Positions 11,801 through 20,818 are shown, counted from the first letter of the stretch. The stretch is 64,000 nucleotides of DNA from Candidatus Latescibacterota bacterium (GCA_964291625.2 OZ220089.1:1952001-2016000); one strand, 5' to 3'. The notes: a model not told the origin generated them from the letters alone. A program made the numbers and translations.

Positions 11801-12244
11801 GGCCAGGCGCAGGGTGGCGCGCTCCAGGACGGCGGCCGGGATCAGCGGCGACAGGAGGGCCGCCGCGGGGGCGACGACGATCGTCGGGGAGCCGTCCGCC
11901 AGCCTCGCCGCCGCCTCGATGCGCAGGGCCGAGACCTCCACGTCGGGGGAGCGCCCGTCGTAGAGATCGATGTCCCACATGGGGAAGTAGCGGACCACCT
12001 CCTCACCGGCCACCGCCGTCAGGTCGTCGCGCCAGGCCTCGGCCCGGCTCTCGTCGGCGGCCACCACCAGGATCGACCGCTCCAGCTCGCGCTGGGCCGC
12101 CGTCAGCAGGAAGGCGCCGAGGCTCGCCGGCAGTCCGTGGACCCGCACCTCCTGCCCGCCGGCGAGCCGGTCGAGGACCTGCCGCACGGGGGCGGACTGG
12201 GCGGTCGTTCGGGCGACGGGATCGAGGGCGGGCGCAACGGCCAT
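8834..12244 (-). CDS. mfd: Transcription-repair coupling factor
   Basis: RGGILDIY, CarD-like VVHVDHGIGRY, GDVGYGKTEVA, DEEQRFGV, TATPIPRTL, QIRGRVGRS and TRCF tail. Start taken at MAVAP (12244); exact start uncertain. Confidence 0.97.
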   Translation of the reverse strand: MAVAPALDPVARTTAQSAPVRQVLDRLAGGQEVRVHGLPASLGAFLLTAAQRELERSILVVAADESRAEAWRDDLTAVAGEEVVRYFPMWDIDLYDGRSPDVEVSALRIEAAARLADGSPTIVVAPAAALLSPLIPAAVLERATLRLACGQVQPLDDLVSHLVDAGFERVPIVDGLGQFSSRGGILDIYPPGVEHPLRLEFFDDEIESIRTFDVGTQRSLEACPEAVVLPVCEVVLHSPFFDDFVPNLESAEKETGVDLIEVKDQLELGTATLEGIEAVMGVLYGPGDGLFEYLPADAVVWADETDDIDADVEKQQAPSRRDHERHAGRGTHLPPERLVRETAWLHRQVGRHPRVRTAPVGEGGEAVRFGAAEPRLVQGDLNVLREEVARLGRENYAVHILSETRGQSSRLQEIFADWGDDVVFGLGNLSRGFVYPEAKVAILNDHEIFSRNKSRHRYRRFKAAKPISSFDALGVGDFVVHVDHGIGRYLGLRRLTITNRDHDCLEVTYQGRDKLFVPVEQLDRLRRYTGADGAPPLLSKLGSGAWEKLKERTREEIFKAAAELIQLYAERKSLPGVGFSGDSPMLRELEASFPFTETPDQLRTVEEVKRDMEAPHPMDRLVCGDVGYGKTEVAVRAAFKAVCDHKQVAVLVPTTILAQQHLQVFSERMEPFPVRVEVLSRFRTAREQKQVVEDVKAGKVDILIGTHRLLGRDIRFRDLGLLVVDEEQRFGVRHKERLKQLKRQVDVITLTATPIPRTLHLSLMGARDMSVINTPPQDRLPIHTEIITFDEGRISAAIEREVERGGQVYFVHNRVQSIHSLAQYLSELLPQVRFAVAHGQMPARQLEKIMLDFLERKYDCLVSTMIIESGIDIPSVNTILVNRADMLGLSQLYQIRGRVGRSKERAFAYLLVPKGKRLTRKSRLRLRAVEEFADLGSGFNIAMRDMEIRGAGNLLGAQQHGFITAIGFDLYTRLLDEAVRELKGERVEHAADPDIKIAVTAYLPDDYVPDTDLKMEFYQRLAGAGRIVDLLTVREELEDRFGRLPWQAASLLHIMEIKVMARQLGLESVQLEKSRFRMSFPETRQVPPADLQRLVEKSSSELEFKVGKGLTIETFLRAADEQERLAKARDLVEQLV

Positions 12245-12344
12245 GTCGACGGCAAAGGCCCTTGGAAAGCCTGTATGTAGCTGGGAATGAAGACGTTGCA
12301 GCGGCTTGGAGAGCTGCTTGCCGCGGCGGCGGCAGGAAAGGCGT

Positions 12345-12374
12345 AAAATAACCGGGCCCCGCAAAGACTGTCAA
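12345..12374 (-). promoter_or_regulatory. Putative sigma-70 promoter for mfd
   Basis: Minus strand TTGACA-N18-TATTTT in an AT-richer intergenic patch. Confidence 0.5.
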
Positions 12375-12398
12375 CGCGGGGGAAAGGAGCCGAACCGC

Positions 12399-12983
12399 TT
12401 GCCGGAGCCGAGCCACTTTTTCGCCTACCTGGCGCGCATGAAGTACATCGCCCGCTGGGGGGTCATGCGCAACACGCGGACCGAGAACATCCAGGAGCAC
12501 AGCCTGCAGGCGGCGATGATCGCCCACGGCCTGGCGCTGATCGCGCGGGAGATCTTCGGCCGGCCGGTCGACCCGGAAAGGGTGATGGCTCTGGCCGTCT
12601 TCCACGAGGTGAGCGAGGTGATCACCGGCGACCTGCCGAGCCCGATCAAGTACCACGACCCGGCCCTGCGCTCGGCCTACGGACGCATCGAGGACGCGGC
12701 GAGACGCCGCCTCTTCGAGATGCTGCCCGAAGAGCTGCGCGGCGCCTACCGCCCGCTGATCATGGCCGATGGGGAGGACGGGTCGGCCAGTCTGGTGAAG
12801 GCCGCCGACAAGCTCTGCGCCTACCTCAAGTGCCTGGAGGAGGAGAACAGCGGCAACCAGGAGTTCGCCCGCGCCAGGGCCACCCTCGAGGCCGAGATCG
12901 AGGCCCTCGACCTGCCCGAGGTGGCCTGGTTCATGGAACGCTTCGTGCCCGCCTTCTCCCTCACCCTGGACGAGCTGTCGTGA
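12399..12983 (+). CDS. yfbR: 5'-deoxynucleotidase (HD domain)
   Basis: SHFFAYLARMKYIARWGVMRN..ENIQEHS, GDLPSPIKY, VKAADKLCAYLKCLEE. TTG start follows AAGGAG. Confidence 0.93.
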   Translation: MPEPSHFFAYLARMKYIARWGVMRNTRTENIQEHSLQAAMIAHGLALIAREIFGRPVDPERVMALAVFHEVSEVITGDLPSPIKYHDPALRSAYGRIEDAARRRLFEMLPEELRGAYRPLIMADGEDGSASLVKAADKLCAYLKCLEEENSGNQEFARARATLEAEIEALDLPEVAWFMERFVPAFSLTLDELS

Positions 12984-13735
12984 TGGACGAACGACTGACC
13001 GATCTCGGCCTCGAGCCGGTCGAGCTGAGCCTCGAGCAACGGAAGCGGCTCGACGAGGACGGCTTCCTGATCCTCGAAGGTATCATCGGCGCCGCCTGGC
13101 TCGAGGAACTGCGGCAGGCTTTCGAGGCTGTCTTCGAAGACGAGGGGCGAGACGCCGGCAAGGAGGTCGCCCAGGTCGAAGGGGTGCGCCGGCTGGCCGA
13201 CCTCGTCAACAAGGGCGAGGTCTTCGACGGCGTCTACCTGCATCCGGCCCTTCTCGCCGCCGTGTGGCACGTGCTGCGGCGGCCCCTCAAGCTGCACTCC
13301 CTCAACGGCCACGATCCCCTGCCCGGCCACGGCCAGCAGGAGCTCCACGCCGACTGGGGCGGCGATCGCGGAACCGGCCGCTACCACGTGGTCAACTCCA
13401 TGTGGATGCTCGACGACATGACCGCCGACAACGGCGCCACCCGCATCGTGCCCGGCAGCCACCTCTTCCCCGGCCGCGTGGGCGAGGAGGTCTCCGACCG
13501 CCTGGCGCCCCATCCGGGGGAAGTCCTGCTGGAGGCCCCGGCCGGGTCGGTGGGCGTCTTCAACGGCAGCGCCTGGCACAGCTGCACCCACAACCGCTCC
13601 GGGGCGCAGAGGCGCCTGTTGCACTGCGCCTTCATCGCCCGCGAGCACCGGCAGCAGACCGACCAGCGGGAGCACCTGAGGCCGGAGACGGACCGGCGGC
13701 TGACACCGCTGGCGCGCTACGTGCTGGACGTGTGA
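12983..13735 (+). CDS. Phytanoyl-CoA dioxygenase-family Fe(II)/2OG enzyme
   Basis: QELHAD (HxD), DNGATRIVPGSH and AWH motifs. Confidence 0.9.
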   Translation: MDERLTDLGLEPVELSLEQRKRLDEDGFLILEGIIGAAWLEELRQAFEAVFEDEGRDAGKEVAQVEGVRRLADLVNKGEVFDGVYLHPALLAAVWHVLRRPLKLHSLNGHDPLPGHGQQELHADWGGDRGTGRYHVVNSMWMLDDMTADNGATRIVPGSHLFPGRVGEEVSDRLAPHPGEVLLEAPAGSVGVFNGSAWHSCTHNRSGAQRRLLHCAFIAREHRQQTDQREHLRPETDRRLTPLARYVLDV

Positions 13736-13761
13736 GAGTGGACGATCACCCGGAGGGCCCC

Positions 13762-14148
13762 ATGCGCTTCAATGGAATCTGCATCGTCTCGAAGGATGTC
13801 CGCCGACTTGCCCGGTTCTACATCGAGGTCATCGGCGTCGAGGGCAGTGTGAACAGCACCTTCGTCGGTCTCTCCACCAAGGGGGCCTCCCTCTCGATCT
13901 TCTCCGAGGAGGAGATGGAGCACATGGCAGAGGGGAGCATGGAAGGCGCGGGGCGCGGCGGCTATACGATCGAGTTCGAGGTCGCCGACGTGGACCGACA
14001 GTTCGACCGGCTTCGGGCGATGCGGGTGCCGATCGTGAAGCCACCCACCACCCAACCGTGGGGCCGGCGCTCCGTCTGGTTCCGCGATCCCGACGGCAAC
14101 ATCGTCAACTTCTACGCGGACGTGACGCAGGAGGAGCGGACCGCCTGA
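13762..14148 (+). CDS. VOC/glyoxalase family protein
   Basis: DV..LARFY..V.G, IEFEVADVD and QPWGRRSVWFRDPDGNIVNF. Confidence 0.92.
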   Translation: MRFNGICIVSKDVRRLARFYIEVIGVEGSVNSTFVGLSTKGASLSIFSEEEMEHMAEGSMEGAGRGGYTIEFEVADVDRQFDRLRAMRVPIVKPPTTQPWGRRSVWFRDPDGNIVNFYADVTQEERTA

Positions 14149-14314
14149 GGGCGGCGTCCCTCGACCCTCCTGCACCCTTCGCATCCGCTCCATGCCGCAG
14201 CTCCGGGGCTGCGGTCCTCCGCCTTGCCCGGCTACCCTCTGCAGACGATATTGGCACCCCCGCCGGAGTCAGCAGTTGGTGACCTCAGTCCTTCCCCTGC
14301 TGGAGGCAGGTCCG

Positions 14315-15805
14315 ATGTTCTCCCCACAGGTGCAGTTCAACCCCAGTGTTCCCCGGTTCACCTGGGACGAGGAGACCTTCGCGAGGGCACTGGACACGGA
14401 GAGCAGGGCCAAGGCCGATGGGGCGCACGGCGAACCCCCCGCCGATGCAGGCAACTGCCGGTTCCTGATGGATGTACGCACGGCCACCCGCCAAGTCGCA
14501 AGCGCGGCCCGTACCGAGTTGGAGAAACACCGGGCGATGGTGAACGACTCTCTACGGCTGCCCGACGCGGATGTGGACTTTCTCAGAGAGCAGGACGAGG
14601 CCCTGGCCGACATGCACCAGATCTGCCTCTCCGGCATCGACAGCGCCGAACCGGCGAAGACGAGAGTCAACGAGGTACGCAACGAGTATTCGAGCTTTGC
14701 AGTGGAGAACGGCCTCGCCGGCCGAGCTGCGCAAGCCAGGGACCTGCAGGCGAAATGGGTGATTGCCGCCGTCGCCGGCCTGGAGCTTCTGCTCAACGCC
14801 TGGACCCTTGGCACGGCCCACCCGTCCGGTTTCCTGGGTGTGCTGCCGGAGATGGTTCTCTTCACCGCCTTCAACGTCTTTGCGGGACTTGTCCTCAGCT
14901 TCGCTCTGCGGACGAAGAACCTCCACGAGAGCTTTCGCGGCAAACGTCGTTTCTCCTGGTGCCTCGTGGCCCTGTTGGTCTTTCTCATTCCCCTCTTCAA
15001 TTTCGTATTCGGACACTACCGCGACGCCCTGGTGAGTCTGCAGAGCCAGATTGCAGCCGGCGACTACGAGACCTACGTGACGGTCTGGGCCAGTCTGTTC
15101 CGCACCGCCCTGGCCACGGCCTTCTCCGGCGAGTGGATACCCCAGAGCATGCAGACCGTGGTGCTGATCTTCGGGGGCATGTTCATGTCCAGCCTCGTCG
15201 CGTACAAGCATTACCATGCAGACGATCCCTATCCGGGTTTCGGCGCCCTGTCCCGCAAACGAGACGAGGCCCAGGGGCAGTACAAGACAGAGATCGCCGC
15301 CATCAGCAGCCGCATCGAGGGCAGGGCGGCGGATGCGTCCAAAGCGTTCGCCGGCATCGAAGCCAGAGTCGCATCGGCAGGGGCCGCCGAGGCCCATAGC
15401 CGGATCGAATCCTGGAACTCCGCCTACCGGGGCCTTGTACAGGAGCTGAAGGAGGCGGGCGATCGACAGTTGCGCCTCTACCGGCGGACGAGTGGGGCCG
15501 TCAAGCCGTGGCCGGCGTCGCTCAATGGCCCCTTCGAGGCTTTCGCGGTCGACCCGGAGGTGGCGGATCCGCCGGCGCCCCCTGAGATTCCCGTCCTGAA
15601 GGGACCCATCAGTCGACTGCGAAGAGACTGCGACCGGGTCGTGCTGGAGGGCCGGAGACGCTACAGCTCCGAGGTCTTCGCCCCTTTGCCGGCCCTCGAT
15701 CCCCAGGACGTGAATCACCGTGCCTTTTCCGATCCCCTTGGAAGGCTGGAAGAGATCAGGAGAGATCTCGATGGCCTTCCTGCTGCAGTGGGGACAGAGG
15801 GATAA
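14315..15805 (+). CDS. Hypothetical multi-pass membrane protein with helical N- and C-terminal regions
   Basis: GGAGG RBS before the ATG at 14315. About four hydrophobic segments, followed by DDPYPGFG and a heptad-rich region. Codon usage is visibly less GC3-biased than the flanks. Confidence 0.75.
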   Translation: MFSPQVQFNPSVPRFTWDEETFARALDTESRAKADGAHGEPPADAGNCRFLMDVRTATRQVASAARTELEKHRAMVNDSLRLPDADVDFLREQDEALADMHQICLSGIDSAEPAKTRVNEVRNEYSSFAVENGLAGRAAQARDLQAKWVIAAVAGLELLLNAWTLGTAHPSGFLGVLPEMVLFTAFNVFAGLVLSFALRTKNLHESFRGKRRFSWCLVALLVFLIPLFNFVFGHYRDALVSLQSQIAAGDYETYVTVWASLFRTALATAFSGEWIPQSMQTVVLIFGGMFMSSLVAYKHYHADDPYPGFGALSRKRDEAQGQYKTEIAAISSRIEGRAADASKAFAGIEARVASAGAAEAHSRIESWNSAYRGLVQELKEAGDRQLRLYRRTSGAVKPWPASLNGPFEAFAVDPEVADPPAPPEIPVLKGPISRLRRDCDRVVLEGRRRYSSEVFAPLPALDPQDVNHRAFSDPLGRLEEIRRDLDGLPAAVGTEG

Positions 15806-15806
15806 T

Positions 15807-16619
15807 GTGGGTGCCGCTCACCGGATCTTCAGAGCCTTTGCGCTTGCCGCCGCTGCCTGCCTCCTAGGCTGCGCCCGCAGCCAGGTCGATCCCCACACAC
15901 TCTGCTCTGAAGGGGGCCCCGAGTCCACGACGGCCCTGATCCTGGACACGTCCGATCCCCTCGCATCTCACCAGATCGCCTCCCTGGAGCGCTTCACCGA
16001 GTCCCTCGTGAAGCAGACTCGAAGGCCCGACGGGGAGCTCCGGCCCTCCGAGAACTACGTGGCCAAGGGGCATCTCCTGGTCGTCTACGAGCTGCCCCGC
16101 GCTGGCGATCCGGGCGGGACTCCCCGGCAGGTGTTTCGGATGTGCAATCCCGGCTCCCCCGAGGACAGAGGACCCGTCGCCGGCTTCACGGAGGGGGAAG
16201 TCGCTGTCATGGTGCGGTGGTCGCACTTCACCAAGGCGATGCGCAGTGCCTTCCCGGACTCGGTGACCCGATCGTCGGCGCCGACCTCACCGATCATCGA
16301 GACGATCCGTTACGTGCGCAACAAGGAGTTCCCCGGTCCGGTGGAGATCGCCAGCAGCAAGCGGAGAGGCGACGCCATCATCATCATCTCCGACCTGCTC
16401 CAGAATTCGGATCTCCTCTCCCACTATCGGGGACCCCTGCCGCCGGTCGAGGGACTGCCCCAGTCTCTGGCACTGAACCTCTCCGGCATCGAAATCGGCG
16501 TGCGCTACCTGCGCTCGCAACGTGACCGCCACTTGCAGACCAGCGAGCACTTCGCGTGGTGGCGGAAGTTCCTCGCCGAGGCCGGCGGCCCCATGACCCG
16601 AACGCCAGAGTCCTGGTAG
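15807..16619 (+). CDS. Hypothetical lipoprotein, vWA-like alpha/beta domain
   Basis: Starts 1 nt after the upstream stop. Lipobox-like LLGC; ILDTSD / TSPIIETI / IIISDLLQNS resemble a degenerate MIDAS. Confidence 0.65.
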   Translation: MGAAHRIFRAFALAAAACLLGCARSQVDPHTLCSEGGPESTTALILDTSDPLASHQIASLERFTESLVKQTRRPDGELRPSENYVAKGHLLVVYELPRAGDPGGTPRQVFRMCNPGSPEDRGPVAGFTEGEVAVMVRWSHFTKAMRSAFPDSVTRSSAPTSPIIETIRYVRNKEFPGPVEIASSKRRGDAIIIISDLLQNSDLLSHYRGPLPPVEGLPQSLALNLSGIEIGVRYLRSQRDRHLQTSEHFAWWRKFLAEAGGPMTRTPESW

Positions 16620-17088
16620 CAGCGCCTCGGCTGCGGTCCACTCCAGGCCGTGGAGGACTCTGTCCCTCACCTGCTCCCCCCGTTCCAACCGAAGACCCAT
16701 TTCGAGCAATTCGTGGGAATCGGCGACGAGACATGGTCCTCACTCGCGGGTTTCCAAGTTGGAGATAAACGGAGGGTTGTCCGCTGGGCTCTCTCCAGGC
16801 GCGCAGACACATACCCAATGGGCACTTCCCACTCATGTCTGCACCAACTCCACAAAGCACGGCGAGGTGTTTTTCGCGGTGGGGGTTCACACCTTCCGTG
16901 CCGGGGTAGAAGGGTTTGGGCGGACTGCTACCTTCCCTTCCGGGTATTCACAGTCTTGGATACTGGGATTCGTCGAGAGGCAAGCGAAGGAAGCCTGCCC
17001 AGGAGGAGAAGCACCAAAACGCAATGACGGCTCAGGAGAGAGATTCTCCCAAGCCGTTGTGCGCCACCCCCTATAGACTCCTAACTAG

Positions 17089-17175
17089 TGGTGCCGAAGG
17101 TGGGACTCGAACCCACACGGGGTTGCCCCCACTGGATTTTGAATCCAGCGCGTCTACCAGTTCCGCCACTTCGGC
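17089..17175 (-). tRNA. tRNA-Leu (CAA)
   Basis: GCCGAAGTGGCGGAACTGGTAGACGCG-CTGGA-TTCAAAA-TCCAG, long variable arm, GGGTTCGAGTCCC, ACCTTCGGCACCA with encoded CCA. Confidence 0.98.
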
Positions 17176-17185
17176 CAATCGACCG

Positions 17186-17758
17186 TTACCAGCGCCACTC
17201 CTCGCCCCGGTCGGCCTTGCAGGCCCCCAGGATCTCGGCGTAGACCACCGCCTCGCGGGCCCGGTCCGGCGTCAACCTCCACCGGTTCCGGCCCCGCGGC
17301 CGGTCCGAAGCCGGTCCGGCCGACCCCAGCTCGCGCATCCGCGCCGCCATGCGCTGCCGGGACCGCTGGATCTCCTGGGCCCGCTCGTGGGCCCGCTCCT
17401 CCTCGTCCCGGGCGCGCTGTTCCGCCTCCTGGGCCTGGCGCTCCAACTGGTCCAGCAGCGACTGGCCGTCCGCGGGCGCCGCCGACTCGAGCACGACCAC
17501 CTCGCCCTCGTCGGGTTCGCGCTGGGCCGTGGGGGGAGGAGTGGGTCGGGGCTCAAAGGGATCCCCTCCGGGGAACGGCCACCCGCCCCACTCCTCCTCT
17601 TCCTCCTTCTCCTGCTCCGGCTGAGGAACCGGCGCCCCGTCCTCCGTCTGCTGCTGGCGGCGCTGCTCCTCCTCCATCTGCCGCCGGCGCTTGCGCCGCT
17701 CCAGCAGCGCCGAGATGACGCTGAACAGCAGGAACAGGATGAGTAGCAGTTGCTCCAC
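17186..17758 (-). CDS. Hypothetical membrane-anchored coiled-coil protein (YqfB-position gene of floA operon)
   Basis: N-terminal TM segment, Glu/Arg-rich body, C-terminal AREAVVYAEILG motif; directly after floA. Confidence 0.7.
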   Translation of the reverse strand: MEQLLLILFLLFSVISALLERRKRRRQMEEEQRRQQQTEDGAPVPQPEQEKEEEEEWGGWPFPGGDPFEPRPTPPPTAQREPDEGEVVVLESAAPADGQSLLDQLERQAQEAEQRARDEEERAHERAQEIQRSRQRMAARMRELGSAGPASDRPRGRNRWRLTPDRAREAVVYAEILGACKADRGEEWRW

Positions 17759-17761
17759 GGC

Positions 17762-18766
17762 TCAGGCGCCCGGGTTGCGGTCGTCGCCGCCGGACTCACC
17801 CTCGCCGGTCTCGGAGATCGACGTCCGCATCTCCGTGTCCGACTGGATGTTGCGCATCCGGTAGTAGTCCATGATCCCGAGGTTGCCCGTACGGAAGGCC
17901 TCGGCGATGGCCCGCGGCACCTCGGCCTCGGCCTCCTTCACGCGCGCCGACATCTCCTCCACCAGGGCCCTCATCTCCTGCTCGCGGGCCTGGGCCATGG
18001 CGCGCCGCTCCTCGGCCTTGGCCTGGGCGATCTTGAGATCGGCCTCGGCCTGCTCGGTCTGCAACTTGGCGCCGATGTTGTCGCCCACGTCGACGTCGGC
18101 GATGTCGATGGACAGGATCTCGAAAGCCGTCCCCGAGTCGAGCCCCTTGCCCAGCACCGTCTTGGAGATCGAGTCGGGATTCTCGAGGACCTGCTTGTGG
18201 GTGTCGGCCGAGCCGACGGTGGTCACCACGCCCTCGCCGACGCGGGCGATGATCGTCTCCTCGCCGGCGCCGCCCACGAGTCGGTCGATGTTGGCCCGCA
18301 CCGTCACCCGGGCCGTGGCCTTCACCTGGATACCGTCCTTGGCCACGGCGGCGATCAGGGGCGTGTTGATGACCTTCGGATTGACGCTGACCTTGACCGC
18401 CTCGAGCACGTCGCGGCCAGCCAGGTCGATGGCGGCGGCGCGCTCGAAAGTCAGCTCGATGTTCGCCTTGTCCGCCGAGATCAGGGCCAGGATGACGGCG
18501 TCGACGTTGCCGCCGGCCAGGTAGTGGGCTTCCATCCGTTCCAGCGCCACCTCCAGGCCCGCCTTCTCGGCGCTGATCTTCGGCCGCACGATGGCGCCGG
18601 GCGGCACCTTGCGCAGGCGCATGCCCACCAGGTCGCGGAAGATCCCCACCTTGACCCCCGCGAAGTACGCCGTGATCCAGAGCCCGACGGGCACGAAGTA
18701 GGTGAACAGGCTCAGGAAGATGATGATCGCGAATAGAATCGCGATGTAGAGCAGAGCCTCTGGCAT
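17762..18766 (-). CDS. floA: Flotillin-like protein FloA (YqfA/UPF0365)
   Basis: [56 protein letters not shown]. Confidence 0.95.
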   Translation of the reverse strand: MPEALLYIAILFAIIIFLSLFTYFVPVGLWITAYFAGVKVGIFRDLVGMRLRKVPPGAIVRPKISAEKAGLEVALERMEAHYLAGGNVDAVILALISADKANIELTFERAAAIDLAGRDVLEAVKVSVNPKVINTPLIAAVAKDGIQVKATARVTVRANIDRLVGGAGEETIIARVGEGVVTTVGSADTHKQVLENPDSISKTVLGKGLDSGTAFEILSIDIADVDVGDNIGAKLQTEQAEADLKIAQAKAEERRAMAQAREQEMRALVEEMSARVKEAEAEVPRAIAEAFRTGNLGIMDYYRMRNIQSDTEMRTSISETGEGESGGDDRNPGA

Positions 18767-18787
18767 TGGTATCTCCTTTGGTTTCCG

Positions 18788-19294
18788 TTACTGTGCGCGT
18801 TCGTGGACGACGACTCGGTTGCCGTGCACCTCCAGCACCGCCACGGCGGCGCCGGATGCGATGAAGGCGCCGTCGGTCACCACGTCCACAATCTGGTCGC
18901 CGAAGCGGGCCCGGCCCGCCGGCCGCAGCGCCGTGAGGGCGACGCCCTCCTGTCCGACCAGTCCCTCCTGCTCGCCCGTGGCCGAGTCGTAGCCCGAGGC
19001 CCGGTCGGTGCGGTCCTCGCGCACCATCCGCTGCCAGGCCCGATTGCGGATCAGCAGCCACACCAAGGCGCCGGTGCCGCTGAAGCCGAGGACGCCGATC
19101 ACGGCGGCCGCCTCGGGCCCGAGACGGTTGTAGGCGAAGAGGACGCCGAGGCAGACGGTGCCGAAGCCCAGGATCCCGAAGATGTTGAACCCCGGGACGA
19201 CGAAGATCTCGAGCAGGACCAGCACCAGGCCGAGCACGAGCAGGCCCACGCTGTAGATCCAGGGAAGCGCCTCGGCGCTGAGCAGTTCTTCCAC
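18788..19294 (-). CDS. Short NfeD family protein
   Basis: TM hairpins with EIFVVPGF..G; C-terminal OB fold G.EG.ALTALRPAG...DVVTDG.FI. Confidence 0.88.
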   Translation of the reverse strand: MEELLSAEALPWIYSVGLLVLGLVLVLLEIFVVPGFNIFGILGFGTVCLGVLFAYNRLGPEAAAVIGVLGFSGTGALVWLLIRNRAWQRMVREDRTDRASGYDSATGEQEGLVGQEGVALTALRPAGRARFGDQIVDVVTDGAFIASGAAVAVLEVHGNRVVVHERAQ

Positions 19295-19306
19295 GTCTCC
19301 TCCGAC

Positions 19307-20725
19307 TCAGATGGCCTGCACCACGACGCGGCTGCCCCGCGCCTGAACGATGCGCACCGTCGTCTGTTCGTCGATGTACTCGCCCTCGGCGATGATGTCC
19401 AGCCGCTTGCCGGCGAACTGGCCGATGCCCACGGGCCGCAGCTCGGTGAGGGTCACGCCCTCCATGCCGACCAGCTCGTGGTCCTGGTCCGTCGAGGCCG
19501 AGACGTAGCCCTCGGAAGCCGAGGTACGCCCGGCCAGGATCAGGTGTCGGAAGGCGGGCACTTTCGGCAGGGATCGGAGCAGGATCAGGGCGGCGGCGAT
19601 GCCGAGGATCATGGAGAGGGCGAACTGACCGACGACACCGCTGATCTGCTCGAGGCTCCAGAACTCGAAGGCGGGGAGACGGGTCAGCAGCACGCTGGCC
19701 AGCATGCACAGGAACCCGGCCACGCCGGCCAGGCCGAAGCCCGGGATGAAGGCGATCTCGGCGAAGAGCAGCCCGAGACCGACGAAGAACAGGAGCAGCT
19801 CCTCCCAGTCGGCCAGGTGGACGATCAGGTGGCTGCCGAAGAACAGGGCCAGGGCCAGCAGCGCCATCGACCCGCCCAGGCCCCACCCGGGGGTGCGCAC
19901 CTCGGCGATGAGTCCGAAGAGGGCCACCGACAGCAGGATCGAGGTGACGATGGGATGGGTGAGCAGGCGCACCACGCGCTCGGCCATGTTGATGTTCACT
20001 TCGACGACCTCGGCCTCGGCCAGGTCGTAGATCGCCAGCAGCTCGGGCAGGGACTGGGCGGTCTCGTCGGCGAGGCCGTACTGCAGGGCCTGGTTGGTGG
20101 TCAGCGTGGCCGGCCTCCCCACCTCGTCGCTGAAGCCGGGGATGTAGATCCGCTCGTCGACCATGGCCTCGGCGATCTCCGGGTCGCGCCCGGTGCGCTC
20201 GGCCGTGGCCCGCATCTCGGCGCTCATGACCGAGACGTACTTGTCGCCCGCCTTCTCCCCCGTGCCGGAGACCGGCGTCGTGGCGCCGATGGTGCCGCCC
20301 CTGACCATGACGATCTTGTCGCAGGCGAGGGAGATCAGGGCACCGGCGGAGATCGCCCGCTTGTCGATGAAGGCGATGGTCAGGGACTCGGCGTCGATGA
20401 TGGCGTCGCGGATCACCGAAGCGGCGTCGACGCGGCCGCCGAAGGTGTCGATCTCGAAGACCAGGGCGTCGACGCCGGCCTCGTCGGCGTCCTCGACGAC
20501 GCGCTCCACGTAGGCGGTGATCCCGGGGTCGATCATGCCGCCCTCGGTGTCCACGGTGCGCAGCCGGAGCAGGTGGATCAGGGGCTGGCGGGCCTCCTCG
20601 GCGGCCGGACCGGACTCGCCGGCCGGGGTCTCCTCACCACCGAGAGGAAAGGCCGCGAGGGCGAGCAGCGCCGCCGCCGGCAGCAGGCGCGTCCAACGTG
20701 GGTTGAGGAGGGGAGTAGGGGGCAT
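19307..20725 (-). CDS. Long NfeD (YqeZ-like, ClpP-class N-domain)
   Basis: EIDTFGGRVDAA, AISAGALISL, IGATTPV; TM bundle; C-terminal TELRPVG OB fold. Confidence 0.9.
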   Translation of the reverse strand: MPPTPLLNPRWTRLLPAAALLALAAFPLGGEETPAGESGPAAEEARQPLIHLLRLRTVDTEGGMIDPGITAYVERVVEDADEAGVDALVFEIDTFGGRVDAASVIRDAIIDAESLTIAFIDKRAISAGALISLACDKIVMVRGGTIGATTPVSGTGEKAGDKYVSVMSAEMRATAERTGRDPEIAEAMVDERIYIPGFSDEVGRPATLTTNQALQYGLADETAQSLPELLAIYDLAEAEVVEVNINMAERVVRLLTHPIVTSILLSVALFGLIAEVRTPGWGLGGSMALLALALFFGSHLIVHLADWEELLLFFVGLGLLFAEIAFIPGFGLAGVAGFLCMLASVLLTRLPAFEFWSLEQISGVVGQFALSMILGIAAALILLRSLPKVPAFRHLILAGRTSASEGYVSASTDQDHELVGMEGVTLTELRPVGIGQFAGKRLDIIAEGEYIDEQTTVRIVQARGSRVVVQAI

Positions 20726-20752
20726 TCTCGGCCGGGGGGGTGAGAGCGCTAG

Positions 20753-20782
20753 ATCTTACCCCAGAGGCTCCGTCCTTGTCAA
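20753..20782 (-). promoter_or_regulatory. Putative sigma-70 promoter for the nfeD-floA operon
   Basis: Minus strand TTGACA-N18-TAAGAT just upstream of the start codon. Confidence 0.5.
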
Positions 20783-20818
20783 TCGACCGAGACCCCCTCT
20801 ACCCTTGGCGCCGGAGGA

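Noticed and set aside
8738-12280. 1180-aa plus-strand ORF and 1240-aa alternate-frame ORF
   Set aside because: Shadows of mfd with no motifs of their own.
16650-17076. Short ORFs in the tRNA-adjacent spacer
   Set aside because: No RBS, codon bias or recognisable motif.
12900-17110. att-type duplication of the tRNA-Leu 3' end, an integrase, or integron attC sites
   Set aside because: No second copy of the tRNA 3' end, no recombinase ORF and no convincing RYYYAAC/GTTRRRY pairs were found by eye, so no mobile element is called.
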